Assembly (NCBI GenBank): GCA_040326155.1
Contig: JBEQLE010000002.1
Location: forward strand, 32,001 to 96,000
Origin: Leptospirales bacterium
Lineage (GTDB): Bacteria > Spirochaetota > Leptospiria > Turneriellales > JAOUFE01
Direction: 5' to 3'
Length of the DNA: 64,000 nt
The translations under genes were made by a program, and so were the position numbers. Position 1 is the first letter of the stretch. Every line of letters starts with the position of its first letter. A model generated the notes under the pieces. That model saw only the letters and a list, made by a program, of their open reading frames with translations. It was not told where the DNA came from and did no database searches. Below, one piece after another: positions 31,076 through 40,513 of the stretch.

Positions 31076-31328
31076 TGTTATTATTCAACTTGGTTTCAAG
31101 ATAATCGACGATACGATTCACCGTTCCGAGTGTATCAAGTGTAAGGTCGAAAGGGTCGATCGATATGGAAAACTCAGTTTCCATGAACATGATAACCTGC
31201 AGAACATTGATTGAATCGAGAAAGTCATTTTTAAATATTTCTTCATCAACACTTGTCAGTGTTTTTCCAGCGAGAGTTTCCACCTCTCCTTTTATTTTGT
31301 TTATTAGTTTCGCTCTTTCTATGGCCAT
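31068..31328 (-). CDS. Acyl carrier protein (DltC-like)
   Basis: 86-aa acidic protein with an FLDSI phosphopantetheine site and an E.EF.I.I pattern. Confidence 0.88.
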   Translation of the reverse strand: MAIERAKLINKIKGEVETLAGKTLTSVDEEIFKNDFLDSINVLQVIMFMETEFSISIDPFDLTLDTLGTVNRIVDYLETKLNNNNA

Positions 31329-31348
31329 TTTATACTCTCTGTTTTATT

Positions 31349-32545
31349 TTAATTCCCAAGCAGGGGTTTTAGTGACTTTACTATATAAGGAAAATAATAG
31401 GCACGACCTTGATCATTCAAATGGTTTGTATCCGCAAAATAATTTTGATTTCCTTTCATCATGTACGGTGGTATTTCGATATGGACTATGTTATTATATT
31501 TATTTTCCAGATTTTTCATCTTTGCCATAATCAAACTACTTTCATTGCGTTGGGGCAGATCGAGAATAATGAATTGATACCCTTTTTGCTCGCATAACAA
31601 ATAGAGTTGTTCAAGAAAATAAAAGTTGATTTCTATAGACCGGCGCACTATCTCTTTTTTCTCCTCGCTATTCCTCCCTTTCTTGTGTTTTTTGCGCTTT
31701 AAAGATGTTGGTCGAACTTTATTGCGATATTCCTTCATGTTTTGTATAATAGGACGCTCATCATGGAATAAATTATTCAGTCCTGTTCGATTCAATTTCC
31801 ATTTAACAAATATGATTGCATCCTTAAGTGCATATACGTATGGATTGATTTTAGCGGCAAATCGATAAGAAAACTTTGGCTTGTTCCCATGGTTCCCGTA
31901 TTTGTTTTTATAATCTTCCATTACTTCAAGTACTTTATTCGATTCTAAAAAATAAGGATAATCACTGCCGTTCAAATAATTTACTTTGGATATTCTGCTT
32001 TCTTCGAGAGCCGAGAATTTTCCAGCGCGAAATACATATACGATGACACTACCTGGCGTTTCAATTTGATCAACTATGCGTATCGTACCTAACAATTGTT
32101 GAGAATGGCTGCCCAGGTTTATGGTTTTAATACCGAGTTGCTTGCTGACAATCTTGTCATTTTGGAAATATTCTCTGGCAGAAGATCCGCCTAAAGTATA
32201 GATTGCCCGTTTATTAATTCTATTTTGTTCTAGGAGTTTCTTCATTTGATAATTGAAAAACCTCCTCCCCTCGCTAGGGGTGAGCCTAGACTCAGGGTTC
32301 TCGATGAAAGCTGCAAACATAGCGGAATTATAATTATGGAATAGACCCATTTCAGTCAGGAAAAAGACAAGAGAAATTGTACCGGTTAAAACTGTGGAAA
32401 TAATTCTTCTTTTTGAATTTCTTTCTTTTTCGCGATTATTAACGTCTATTTCCGATGCAACATTTTCTTTACCAAACCGATAATACAGGTAGACAACGAA
32501 AAAGATGAAAGTTGTAAAAAGTAAAGTTTGAAATATGAAATTCAT
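31349..32545 (-). CDS. Membrane-anchored SGNH-like acyltransferase (DltD/AlgJ-like)
   Basis: Two N-terminal TM helices, LGGSS (catalytic Ser), INLG and DTNH (DxxH). Confidence 0.75.
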   Translation of the reverse strand: MNFIFQTLLFTTFIFFVVYLYYRFGKENVASEIDVNNREKERNSKRRIISTVLTGTISLVFFLTEMGLFHNYNSAMFAAFIENPESRLTPSEGRRFFNYQMKKLLEQNRINKRAIYTLGGSSAREYFQNDKIVSKQLGIKTINLGSHSQQLLGTIRIVDQIETPGSVIVYVFRAGKFSALEESRISKVNYLNGSDYPYFLESNKVLEVMEDYKNKYGNHGNKPKFSYRFAAKINPYVYALKDAIIFVKWKLNRTGLNNLFHDERPIIQNMKEYRNKVRPTSLKRKKHKKGRNSEEKKEIVRRSIEINFYFLEQLYLLCEQKGYQFIILDLPQRNESSLIMAKMKNLENKYNNIVHIEIPPYMMKGNQNYFADTNHLNDQGRAYYFPYIVKSLKPLLGN

Positions 32546-32701
32546 TTTATATATAAAGGATAATGAAACACACTGAAAACCACAATTTGTGGGCTAGTGA
32601 TTACCACGTCAAGTCATTAATACTGTGGCCATTTTCAGATCTTTTTCTAAATAAAAACTTGTTATTCCAGAGCGGTTTTCCACTTTACCCGTATCCAAAT
32701 T

Positions 32702-33061
32702 ATGAAAATAAAAAATAGTATATATTACCTGCTTGCTTTGTTTTTTGCAGTTACCCCGGCCTGGGCTACGGAAGAGGCGCAGTTAGCTCCCGTGTCTGAT
32801 ATTCTTATATTAATGGTATTGATTGTATTTTCAATTCCGTTGACTGTCTACACTTTCGGACATTACATTCTGAAAACGCAAGGCACCTTAATCTATACCC
32901 TTTCGGGAGCTATAATAGGGTTTGTCGTTGGCGCAATGGTCGACGTAATAGCAGCGAAAGAGTATGTGCAAACCATCAATATTTACATTATCGGGTTAGG
33001 GGCTTTTGCATTGGTGGGTAGCATTACCGCCAACGTAATGTCTCACCGCAGTCACTCCTGA
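32702..33061 (+). CDS. Small membrane protein
   Basis: Signal peptide (AWA) followed by three TM helices. Confidence 0.6.
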   Translation: MKIKNSIYYLLALFFAVTPAWATEEAQLAPVSDILILMVLIVFSIPLTVYTFGHYILKTQGTLIYTLSGAIIGFVVGAMVDVIAAKEYVQTINIYIIGLGAFALVGSITANVMSHRSHS

Positions 33062-33064
33062 AAT

Positions 33065-33093
33065 TAATTATCTATTATTATAATAGATAATTA
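33065..33093. promoter_or_regulatory. Perfect 14-1-14 AT-rich palindrome (candidate operator)
   Basis: TAATTATCTATTAT-T-ATAATAGATAATTA, 55 bp upstream of the ATG at 33149. Confidence 0.55.
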
Positions 33094-33148
33094 CAAAACG
33101 GCATTGTAATAATCGCAGCGTTGTGCACCTTAACAAGTCAAAAAACGT

Positions 33149-34129
33149 ATGTCAAGAAACGATTCTGAATCTGAAAATTCTGAAGAAGACAACGGAGTTG
33201 AAGATAATTTTGTTTTGGTAAAACAAAGCGTGTGTCCAGCGTGTGCAGCGCCAAAAATTACCGCCTCAACTGCCTTTTATATATATTGCGATTATTGCGC
33301 CACTTTTATGGACACCGATTACAGGATGTTAATACCTGAAAATGTTGTTGTAGCTGAACCCGACCCGAACTACGATTCATTTATGCAGACGATGAGTCAA
33401 AGAATGATCGATACCAGAGAGGCTCAAGACAAAGCAGGTTATAAGCAAATCTGGCTTGAATTCTATAATCTGCAGATAGAAAAATATCCCCAGTATTATC
33501 CCCCCCGAATTGGCGATGAAAAATATAGAAAAAAGTTTATAGATTACAATGTTTCCTGCCTGGTCGAACTGGAATTTAATGAACACTTGAAACGTCTGTC
33601 CGATAAGGTCAGCGAGGTATTTGCAGAAGTTAAATGGGAGCAGGTAAAGGTAAACAACGAAGATAGAACGATAATTTCATTTGAAGATTTAATGAATACG
33701 TACAAGGTACAAACTGAATTAACCCGGGCAACGATAAAGCATTATGACAGTATAGGACTTAAGTATCCCGATAAAATGGTGACCGGCGAGCTAGCCGAAC
33801 GAGTGTTTATGTCGCGATTTATGGAAGGTTATATGAAACATCTTCTTCCGGATGACCAGGAAGAACTATTAAAGCAAACCGGTCTTCTTGGAAAATATCA
33901 TAAAGTGTTAAAGCCCCACCTTACTCTACGCCACTGTGGTCAATGTGGTTCGTCTCTTTCTGTTGTTGATGGAGCAAAAAATGTTATCTGTGAACCCTGC
34001 GGCCATGTCATTGACGTGAGTGTCGCAGAATTTTCATGCCCCGGATGCAGTGCCCCGGTTTCATTGCCCATTGAACAAACTCAGATTACCTGCCCCAGTT
34101 GTAGTACCGTTATTCACTCTTACGATTAA
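33149..34129 (+). CDS. Multi-zinc-ribbon hypothetical protein
   Basis: Six CxxC motifs: CPAC and CDYC, then CGQC, CEPC, CPGC and CPSC, flanking a helical core. Confidence 0.75.
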   Translation: MSRNDSESENSEEDNGVEDNFVLVKQSVCPACAAPKITASTAFYIYCDYCATFMDTDYRMLIPENVVVAEPDPNYDSFMQTMSQRMIDTREAQDKAGYKQIWLEFYNLQIEKYPQYYPPRIGDEKYRKKFIDYNVSCLVELEFNEHLKRLSDKVSEVFAEVKWEQVKVNNEDRTIISFEDLMNTYKVQTELTRATIKHYDSIGLKYPDKMVTGELAERVFMSRFMEGYMKHLLPDDQEELLKQTGLLGKYHKVLKPHLTLRHCGQCGSSLSVVDGAKNVICEPCGHVIDVSVAEFSCPGCSAPVSLPIEQTQITCPSCSTVIHSYD

Positions 34130-35018
34130 AGCCCGATCTGGCGAATACAAGGTTTGCCAGCAATATAAGTATCGCCCCGATTATACTTTGAAGGTAAATA
34201 TCTTTTTGCCAGAACAGTAATCCCATTAAAAGGGCAAAAAGCAGACGGCTCGCCGAATAGATGGAACCTTCGACTGCTTTCACAAACCGATATCCATATG
34301 TTAAAAATATTTGTCCGAAAATTCCAAACAATGCTGACGTGCCGGTGTAATATAAAACGTCCCAGCGGATGTAGGTTGGAGTTTGCCACAAAATATATAT
34401 GACCGGTAATATAGTCAACCAGGCTCCCAGTCGAAACGTATAAAACAAGATGACATCGGTTGTATCTGTTTCACGGGTTATTTTTAAGGCGACAATAGCT
34501 ACGCCTGCCGTGATGGCCGAGAGCAAACCGAAAAGATCACCTTTTTCGGGGAGAAAATATTCCCCATTGTAAGATATAAAAAAAGCGCCGGTCAATGCCA
34601 GCAGAATTCCCGTAAAGTCCGCTTTTGTCAGGCGGGTTGAAAAAATCCAAATGGAAAAAAGAGCTACAAAGGCCGGGTAGGTCATATTTAAAATGTTCGC
34701 ACCTGTTACTGTTCCGTAAATTACTCCAAGGTAAAAGAAGAAAACCGCGATTAAATTCCAGACTGCTCTGTGCCAGAGCCATTTTTTATTCACCGCAACG
34801 AACTTTGAAACTTTGGTTTGTTTTATTCGAAACCATACAAGAAGAAGTATATAACCGAGTAAAAACCTGGAAGATAAAAAAACGATCGTTGGCATATCGG
34901 ACGCATCGAACCCGACACGCACCATGAATGTTGCCATATAAAAAAGAAAAGCGGAAAAGAGTATGGAACCGGGACCTTTTAAGAAATGTGAAATTTTTCT
35001 TAAGTCAAAACGCCCCAT
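34110..35018 (-). CDS. DMT/EamA family transporter
   Basis: Ten TM helices in two repeats, with GQIFLTYGYRF. Confidence 0.88.
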   Translation of the reverse strand: MGRFDLRKISHFLKGPGSILFSAFLFYMATFMVRVGFDASDMPTIVFLSSRFLLGYILLLVWFRIKQTKVSKFVAVNKKWLWHRAVWNLIAVFFFYLGVIYGTVTGANILNMTYPAFVALFSIWIFSTRLTKADFTGILLALTGAFFISYNGEYFLPEKGDLFGLLSAITAGVAIVALKITRETDTTDVILFYTFRLGAWLTILPVIYILWQTPTYIRWDVLYYTGTSALFGIFGQIFLTYGYRFVKAVEGSIYSASRLLFALLMGLLFWQKDIYLQSIIGAILILLANLVFARSGFNRKSE

Positions 35019-35954
35019 TTAAGGCACATCGGAGAGATCGAAAAACAGGTCCTCTTTTTTCTTCAATAAGCGGCGAGCTTTATGCTTAGCCACTTCATTT
35101 GCTAAAGATTGTTCAGGATAAATATCATCCGGGGCATTCAAAACATATTCAAGATTTTCAGTAAAACATTTCGCATCCTGAAATTGAACACAATAGGTTT
35201 TTGCATAAAGGTAAGGTATTAAAAGAATTTTGCGCTGGCTAATTTGTAACGCTTTTTCAAACGCTACTCTGGACTTTTCTGCGTTCCCGCCAATCATGAC
35301 CGGACGAGCTCCATAGTACATTCCGGTAAAAAGATAACCTCCACCGAAATAAAACTTATCGTTCCATTCGATTATTTTGTCCATCATCACTTTTACAAGT
35401 GGCATGGCAACCAGTGCATTCATATCATCTTTTTGTAAATTCATGGACGCGGCCCTTGAATAGGCGTACCAGAAAAGCGCCGGAAACTGCTTTTCTTCCA
35501 GCAGATCGATCTTTTCTTTCATCTTTTCATCACTTAATCTTTCGAGAGTTGCCGGTTTGCCTAAAGTCTCTTCAATTATTTTGTATGCATATGCCGACGC
35601 TCGGTCATATAGGCGAATAGCTCGTTTTTTATGATATTCAGATTCTTCATAATTGATACCGGAAAGTCTATCCATTTCATCTTCAACAAAGGCAAGTGAA
35701 TATATGGAAAAAGTTTCGGCCAGAAAAAGATTCAATTGATAATTTTCAGGATCTTCTTCAGCCATGGTTTCCAGAATTTTCAGGTTGGAAGCAAGAGAAA
35801 TTTTGGCAATTTCGAGGTCTGTCTCTCTCTCAAAAACTTCACGGGAATTTGTCATATAATCGACAGCCCCGCGAACAATTGTTTTAGTCATAGAACAGCT
35901 GAGAATGGGCGCAATAGCCGCTGCTATTAGACAACCCCAGAGAATTTTTTTCAT
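35019..35954 (-). CDS. TRAP-associated TatT-family lipoprotein
   Basis: Probable start MKKILWG...ILSC (lipobox). RETD, DPEN and RPVMIGGNAEKS...FEKAL; TPR-like helices. Confidence 0.8.
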   Translation of the reverse strand: MKKILWGCLIAAAIAPILSCSMTKTIVRGAVDYMTNSREVFERETDLEIAKISLASNLKILETMAEEDPENYQLNLFLAETFSIYSLAFVEDEMDRLSGINYEESEYHKKRAIRLYDRASAYAYKIIEETLGKPATLERLSDEKMKEKIDLLEEKQFPALFWYAYSRAASMNLQKDDMNALVAMPLVKVMMDKIIEWNDKFYFGGGYLFTGMYYGARPVMIGGNAEKSRVAFEKALQISQRKILLIPYLYAKTYCVQFQDAKCFTENLEYVLNAPDDIYPEQSLANEVAKHKARRLLKKKEDLFFDLSDVP

Positions 35955-35967
35955 AGGATAGCGTTGG

Positions 35968-36222
35968 TTACGAAGCGCAACCGCACGCACCCCCGCCGCT
36001 CTGGCATGGTTTGGGCGCAGCTTCACTTTTTGGCGGAGAACTATTTTTATAGTCTGTTGTGTAAAAACCGCTTCCTTTAAAATGGATACCGGCACCCATT
36101 CCGATCTGTTTTTTAGCAGAGGAACTACATTCCGGGCATTCTACATTCGGAGAGTCATTTATTCCATGAAACTTTTCAAAAACAGAGTCACATTCGGAAC
36201 ATTTGTAATCATATGTTGGCAT
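35968..36222 (-). CDS. FmdB-family zinc ribbon protein
   Basis: MPTYDYKCSEC...CPEC...FKGSGFYTTDY. Confidence 0.92.
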   Translation of the reverse strand: MPTYDYKCSECDSVFEKFHGINDSPNVECPECSSSAKKQIGMGAGIHFKGSGFYTTDYKNSSPPKSEAAPKPCQSGGGACGCAS

Positions 36223-36312
36223 ATCTGGTAATCTATTCAAATCGACTCATATCGTCAAAAAAAATTATATAGAATTTGCAACTAATATGTAAGTTTAAAT
36301 CTCCCCGTTTCA

Positions 36313-36354
36313 AATTGATAATTCGTAATTCATAATTATCAATTCACAATTCAC
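36313..36354. repeat. Six tandem AATTnnn heptamers with an internal inverted repeat
   Basis: AATTGAT AATTCGT AATTCAT AATTATC AATTCAC AATTCAC. AATTGATAATT pairs with AATTATCAATT. Confidence 0.75.
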
Positions 36355-36355
36355 A

Positions 36356-38794
36356 TTACCAGGCATAAGAGACGCTCAAACGGTAAGAACGACCGATGAC
36401 CATCTCTAAAGCGTTGCGCCATTTTTCATCTTTTATTGTATGTTCAGCAATTTCGCTGCGCGAATCCAGTAAATTATAGATATCAAAATATATACCCAGC
36501 CTTTTATTGTTTATGACTTTGTCAAACGACAGCCGTACATCCCATGTCAAGGCGTAAGTGAAGCGCGGCATACCCAGCGGAGGTTGAGAACGTTCCATAT
36601 TTTGCACAACAGTTGGCCCTTGCGATAAACCTTCGGCAATAACCATCTCCCCAAAAGGTTGGCCGTCACGATAACGCAATACATTGGTAAGGGCCAGTTC
36701 CCTGAAAAAGCGAAACCCGAAAATAAAAGTTGATACATAAGCACGGTCAAAATCGGTTCTGGCTCTTGTGTTCAATTTACTGTTCGGGTCCGCGCTTGAT
36801 TCGGAAATTGCTCCCATGTCGTTGTAGTCCGGGCCGTTACCCTGCACTGTTACCGCCTCTGAGTAAAAAGCGCCGACAGTAAAGTTTAAAAACCATGGCG
36901 ATTTCGGATTCGAATATTTTAGAGCTTGAAATTGAATAGCAGCATAATAACCGTTACTTGTTTCGTTGTCGAGTTTGTAACGTTCTGTTCCAAATGCATC
37001 GGGGTCTCTGTTGTAAAGTTTTCCCCCTTCGATTCCGGAACGGGAAATAGAGTAATATCCATCGTCATAATTTGTGGGAAAATTTACTGTATAAAGATTT
37101 CGAAATATTTTCCCATGGGCTGAGAGAGCAAGGTCAAATTGAGGGGTTGCATGAAAAGTCGACCGCAGGTATAATTCTTCTTTTTGAGGAGTTTTAAGGT
37201 CGGAAACTTTGGAGTGATAGATGCCACCGGTTCTGTTGATTTTTGTTCCTGCTTCAGATTTTTTCGCTATCCCGTCTCCGTTATCGTTCCAGAAATATCG
37301 TCCACCTGACGGAGACCCCGGGTTTAAAAAAGTCACCTCGCTCATTGTCAAGGGGACCGCATCGTGTAAAAAACCAGCCTGTAAAGTCCACTTCCTCAAT
37401 TTTCCGATAATATCTATGCCGCCGGTAGGGGCGAGCCTGGTAATTAAAATACTCGTTTCGCCTGAGCCTGTTTCAAACATAGCGCCCGCATTTACATTCA
37501 AGACCCATTTAGCCCAGTTTTTAGTTACCGTAGCTGTTGGATACAACCGTGTAATAAATTGCGAATAAGCGCCGTTATGATCGTAAATAGTCATATCGTG
37601 ACTTTGGTCTTTGTAGGTTCGGGCAAAAACTCCCCCGGCATATAGTGGTTCGGCTGTTGTGCCTTCTATACGAAGATTCAGACTTGCCAATAAGGGCATT
37701 CCGAAAACTTTTGCCACATTATTTTTTTCCGCTTCGGTGCCTACAAACCAGCCAATAAGATTTTCCGGTACCGGGGCTTTTCCATATAAAACTTCGTCGG
37801 TTAAACCCCACACCATAATTTCCGGGTTGTTTTGTTCATAACGAGAATAATAATAACCTGAGTTCATACCAAGATCCCAACCCTTGCGTTTGCCAAACCA
37901 ATCGCCATAAAGTGAGTGTTCACCCCCGTTTGTAGCCAGAGAGGAGTCAAAACCTGTTTCGATCTGTGCATAGTCGCGCATGGTTCCCTGGTAAAACAGG
38001 TTCATTTTGTCCCCGTTTTTCAGTTCTCGGGATGCATATACGGAATTTCGATACCCGGCTTCATAATCATTTAAATTTGTAAAAGTTCTTTTGTGAATAA
38101 TTCCTTCATAAAATAAAAAAACAGGTTTATCATTTGGAGTATCCAGCGCGTAAAAAACATCGCCTTCCAGGGCAAACCCGAATCGTCGTCTTTTGGGGTC
38201 GGCGCCCCAGGACTGGGCCGGCTCTCGGTCGAATGTGCTTGTTCCCATCCAGGAGTCGCCTCCTAAAAAACCGGGGTTGCTCAGACTCACTCTATTCGGG
38301 TTTTTTTCTGGTTTCAGTATCCAGTTTATTCCCTGTAGGTTGGAATATGGGGTAAGAACCGATTGCAAGGCAAGTGCCTGCCAAAGGTGTTGCGGCACAT
38401 AAATCAAAGAAGTTCCAGGTACCGCTGGGTTTGTTACATCTTGCCCATTAATATAATATTTTTGCCAAAGGCTCGACTCTCCCCGGACGGCGATATTTTG
38501 CCTTTCCAGCATCGAGAATCCACCGGCATCGGGGTTCGATAATATAACAGGAGGAAACCAGTATTCAAGAAGCGACCCTACGTGTTTTCCGTTTGGTAAA
38601 AATAAAACATCTTCCTGTTTAAAAACAGGATCGGGCAGAGTCCACTCGCCGACGTTTAGAAAAATGTCATCGTCCTCTTGTACTAAAGGCTCTTTTTCAA
38701 CGTCGTCTTTCGCTGAGAGCGGAAGGTTTCCAAAAAAAGCGAAAATGATCGCAGAAACAATAAAAAATATCGGCTTGTATGCAGTTCTTTTCAT
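36356..38794 (-). CDS. TonB-dependent-receptor-like outer-membrane beta-barrel
   Basis: Signal peptide, plug-like IAVRG...YYINGQDVT, DIYNLLD, and C-terminal GRSYRLSVSYAW (aromatic end). Confidence 0.75.
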   Translation of the reverse strand: MKRTAYKPIFFIVSAIIFAFFGNLPLSAKDDVEKEPLVQEDDDIFLNVGEWTLPDPVFKQEDVLFLPNGKHVGSLLEYWFPPVILSNPDAGGFSMLERQNIAVRGESSLWQKYYINGQDVTNPAVPGTSLIYVPQHLWQALALQSVLTPYSNLQGINWILKPEKNPNRVSLSNPGFLGGDSWMGTSTFDREPAQSWGADPKRRRFGFALEGDVFYALDTPNDKPVFLFYEGIIHKRTFTNLNDYEAGYRNSVYASRELKNGDKMNLFYQGTMRDYAQIETGFDSSLATNGGEHSLYGDWFGKRKGWDLGMNSGYYYSRYEQNNPEIMVWGLTDEVLYGKAPVPENLIGWFVGTEAEKNNVAKVFGMPLLASLNLRIEGTTAEPLYAGGVFARTYKDQSHDMTIYDHNGAYSQFITRLYPTATVTKNWAKWVLNVNAGAMFETGSGETSILITRLAPTGGIDIIGKLRKWTLQAGFLHDAVPLTMSEVTFLNPGSPSGGRYFWNDNGDGIAKKSEAGTKINRTGGIYHSKVSDLKTPQKEELYLRSTFHATPQFDLALSAHGKIFRNLYTVNFPTNYDDGYYSISRSGIEGGKLYNRDPDAFGTERYKLDNETSNGYYAAIQFQALKYSNPKSPWFLNFTVGAFYSEAVTVQGNGPDYNDMGAISESSADPNSKLNTRARTDFDRAYVSTFIFGFRFFRELALTNVLRYRDGQPFGEMVIAEGLSQGPTVVQNMERSQPPLGMPRFTYALTWDVRLSFDKVINNKRLGIYFDIYNLLDSRSEIAEHTIKDEKWRNALEMVIGRSYRLSVSYAW

Positions 38795-38806
38795 AGGTCT
38801 ATCTGG

Positions 38807-39523
38807 TCAAGGAACGATTATGCCCGTGGATGCCGAGGCGTTGTCATTTCCATTATAGTATCCATCGCTGTTGAGATCGGTAACGCAGGTTTCATTATAA
38901 TTACCTGAGGGTAAAAATGTCGCCGTAGTGGCTCCCGTGCTATCGACTTCCGAGGTTATCAGCCAGTCTTCAAACTTCAGCAATATTCCTTCCATATAAG
39001 GAAACTCAACAATAGAGTCGACCAACGAGACATCCCAGGCGGTTTCTGTGTCGGGATTATAAATACAGGTTTTTACCCCCGATGCAGGTTGCCCTTCAAT
39101 TGTCGTATATGTTCCGAGCGTTCCAGCGGCATAATTAATTGTATCTTCCACAACCAGTATGGACGAGCTGAATGTAAAACCGCTTCTGTAGGCTCCATAA
39201 TCTGAGGCGTCCCAGGAACCGTTATCGTTTTCATCGACAAATATTAAATATGCTATGGAGGTATTGGAGTTATCGGCAGAAATACTACCGGTATAATTAC
39301 CCTGCGCATCCGTAAATAGCTGATATTTGCGAGGGTAGGCAAAAGCCGAATTTGTACTCCAATAGCGAAGCGCAACTTTGACATTCGGGGTAAAACCCTT
39401 TAACGTAAAAATGACTTCCGGTCGATCGTCGTTTAGCGAGGACTCGCTCGGCGGAGTAGCGTCATAAAAACATGCCCCTTCGCCAAGAGCGAGGCAAACC
39501 AGTATTATAGGTTTCCAGTACAT
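38807..39523 (-). CDS. Putative lipoprotein with Ca-binding-like loops
   Basis: Signal peptide ending GAC, with DENDNGSWD and DLNSDGYYN loops. Confidence 0.6.
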   Translation of the reverse strand: MYWKPIILVCLALGEGACFYDATPPSESSLNDDRPEVIFTLKGFTPNVKVALRYWSTNSAFAYPRKYQLFTDAQGNYTGSISADNSNTSIAYLIFVDENDNGSWDASDYGAYRSGFTFSSSILVVEDTINYAAGTLGTYTTIEGQPASGVKTCIYNPDTETAWDVSLVDSIVEFPYMEGILLKFEDWLITSEVDSTGATTATFLPSGNYNETCVTDLNSDGYYNGNDNASASTGIIVP

Positions 39524-39534
39524 TAAAATAAAAG

Positions 39535-40374
39535 TTAATCTGTCACTTGCTCGTATTCATCAAGTATAACTTCAACTTTTCCGAGTACGGGAACATTTGT
39601 AGTCATCAATACCGGTATAAAATCTTCATCGTCGGTAATGTAAATATCTACAGGCGCCTCGGTTGCAATAAAGATATCACCGCCGCCCAATCGATCTTTT
39701 TCATCGATAATACCGGTTCGTACATGAAAGACGGCTCGCTTTTCATTAAGAGCCTTGACATACATTGTTGTTTTTTCCAGCACTTTAATATACATGATTT
39801 TTTTCTTTCCCGCAGGTAGAACCTTAAGCTTTGTAACAGTGCCAACTTCAGGTGATTTTCCACCGGTTCTCATGTAGTAAAAGGCGCCAAGCAGGTCATT
39901 ATATTCATAACCTTTCACCTTTAATTTTTTAGATATTGTTTTATCTTTCTTAATTTTGCCCTTATGCGGGTAGCCGGCTTCTGAGAACTTTTTTTCTCTT
40001 TTTTTAAGAGTGATATTGTTGTATGAAAACTTATAAGATCTCTGTTGATACTCGTAACCCTGGTACACGTCTTCCCAGGCAAGATAGGACCTTCTGCTTT
40101 TAAAATTCCAAACGGCGCCAAATGTTCCGCGAACATAATATAAACCCTGAATAGATTTAAAGGAATACACCGATGCATTAATTTGAATATGGTCATCATT
40201 TGCAACTTTCGTTCGCATTAGAATGGACCCAATTTGAAATCCTTTTGTATCGATTCGATATTTCATGACTTCATTGAAGAATTTGGGGTTTGCCTGTTCC
40301 TGAGATATAACGCCTGAACCTGAAAAAGTCACCGCCATTGCTATAATTAGATATTTTAGAACTGTTTTTTTCAT
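39535..40374 (-). CDS. DUF3108-like exported protein
   Basis: Signal peptide, E.MKY...GFQIG, DLLGAFYYMR and YITDDEDFIPV. GGAG RBS before the ATG at 40374. Confidence 0.7.
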   Translation of the reverse strand: MKKTVLKYLIIAMAVTFSGSGVISQEQANPKFFNEVMKYRIDTKGFQIGSILMRTKVANDDHIQINASVYSFKSIQGLYYVRGTFGAVWNFKSRRSYLAWEDVYQGYEYQQRSYKFSYNNITLKKREKKFSEAGYPHKGKIKKDKTISKKLKVKGYEYNDLLGAFYYMRTGGKSPEVGTVTKLKVLPAGKKKIMYIKVLEKTTMYVKALNEKRAVFHVRTGIIDEKDRLGGGDIFIATEAPVDIYITDDEDFIPVLMTTNVPVLGKVEVILDEYEQVTD

Positions 40375-40513
40375 AATGATCTCCATGGGGAGTTTTTACG
40401 ATTTTTGATTGTCCGTCTACTCTTTATTTCGTTGTAAAACTTGAATGTAAGAAACAATGATTTGTACAACGAAAAATCAACTGACAAGATAACCAAGTTT
40501 CCGATATTGCCGC

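Noticed and set aside
35955..36095. N-terminal 47 aa of the 358-aa ORF call
   Set aside because: It overlaps the FmdB gene in another frame. The lipoprotein signal starts at 35954.
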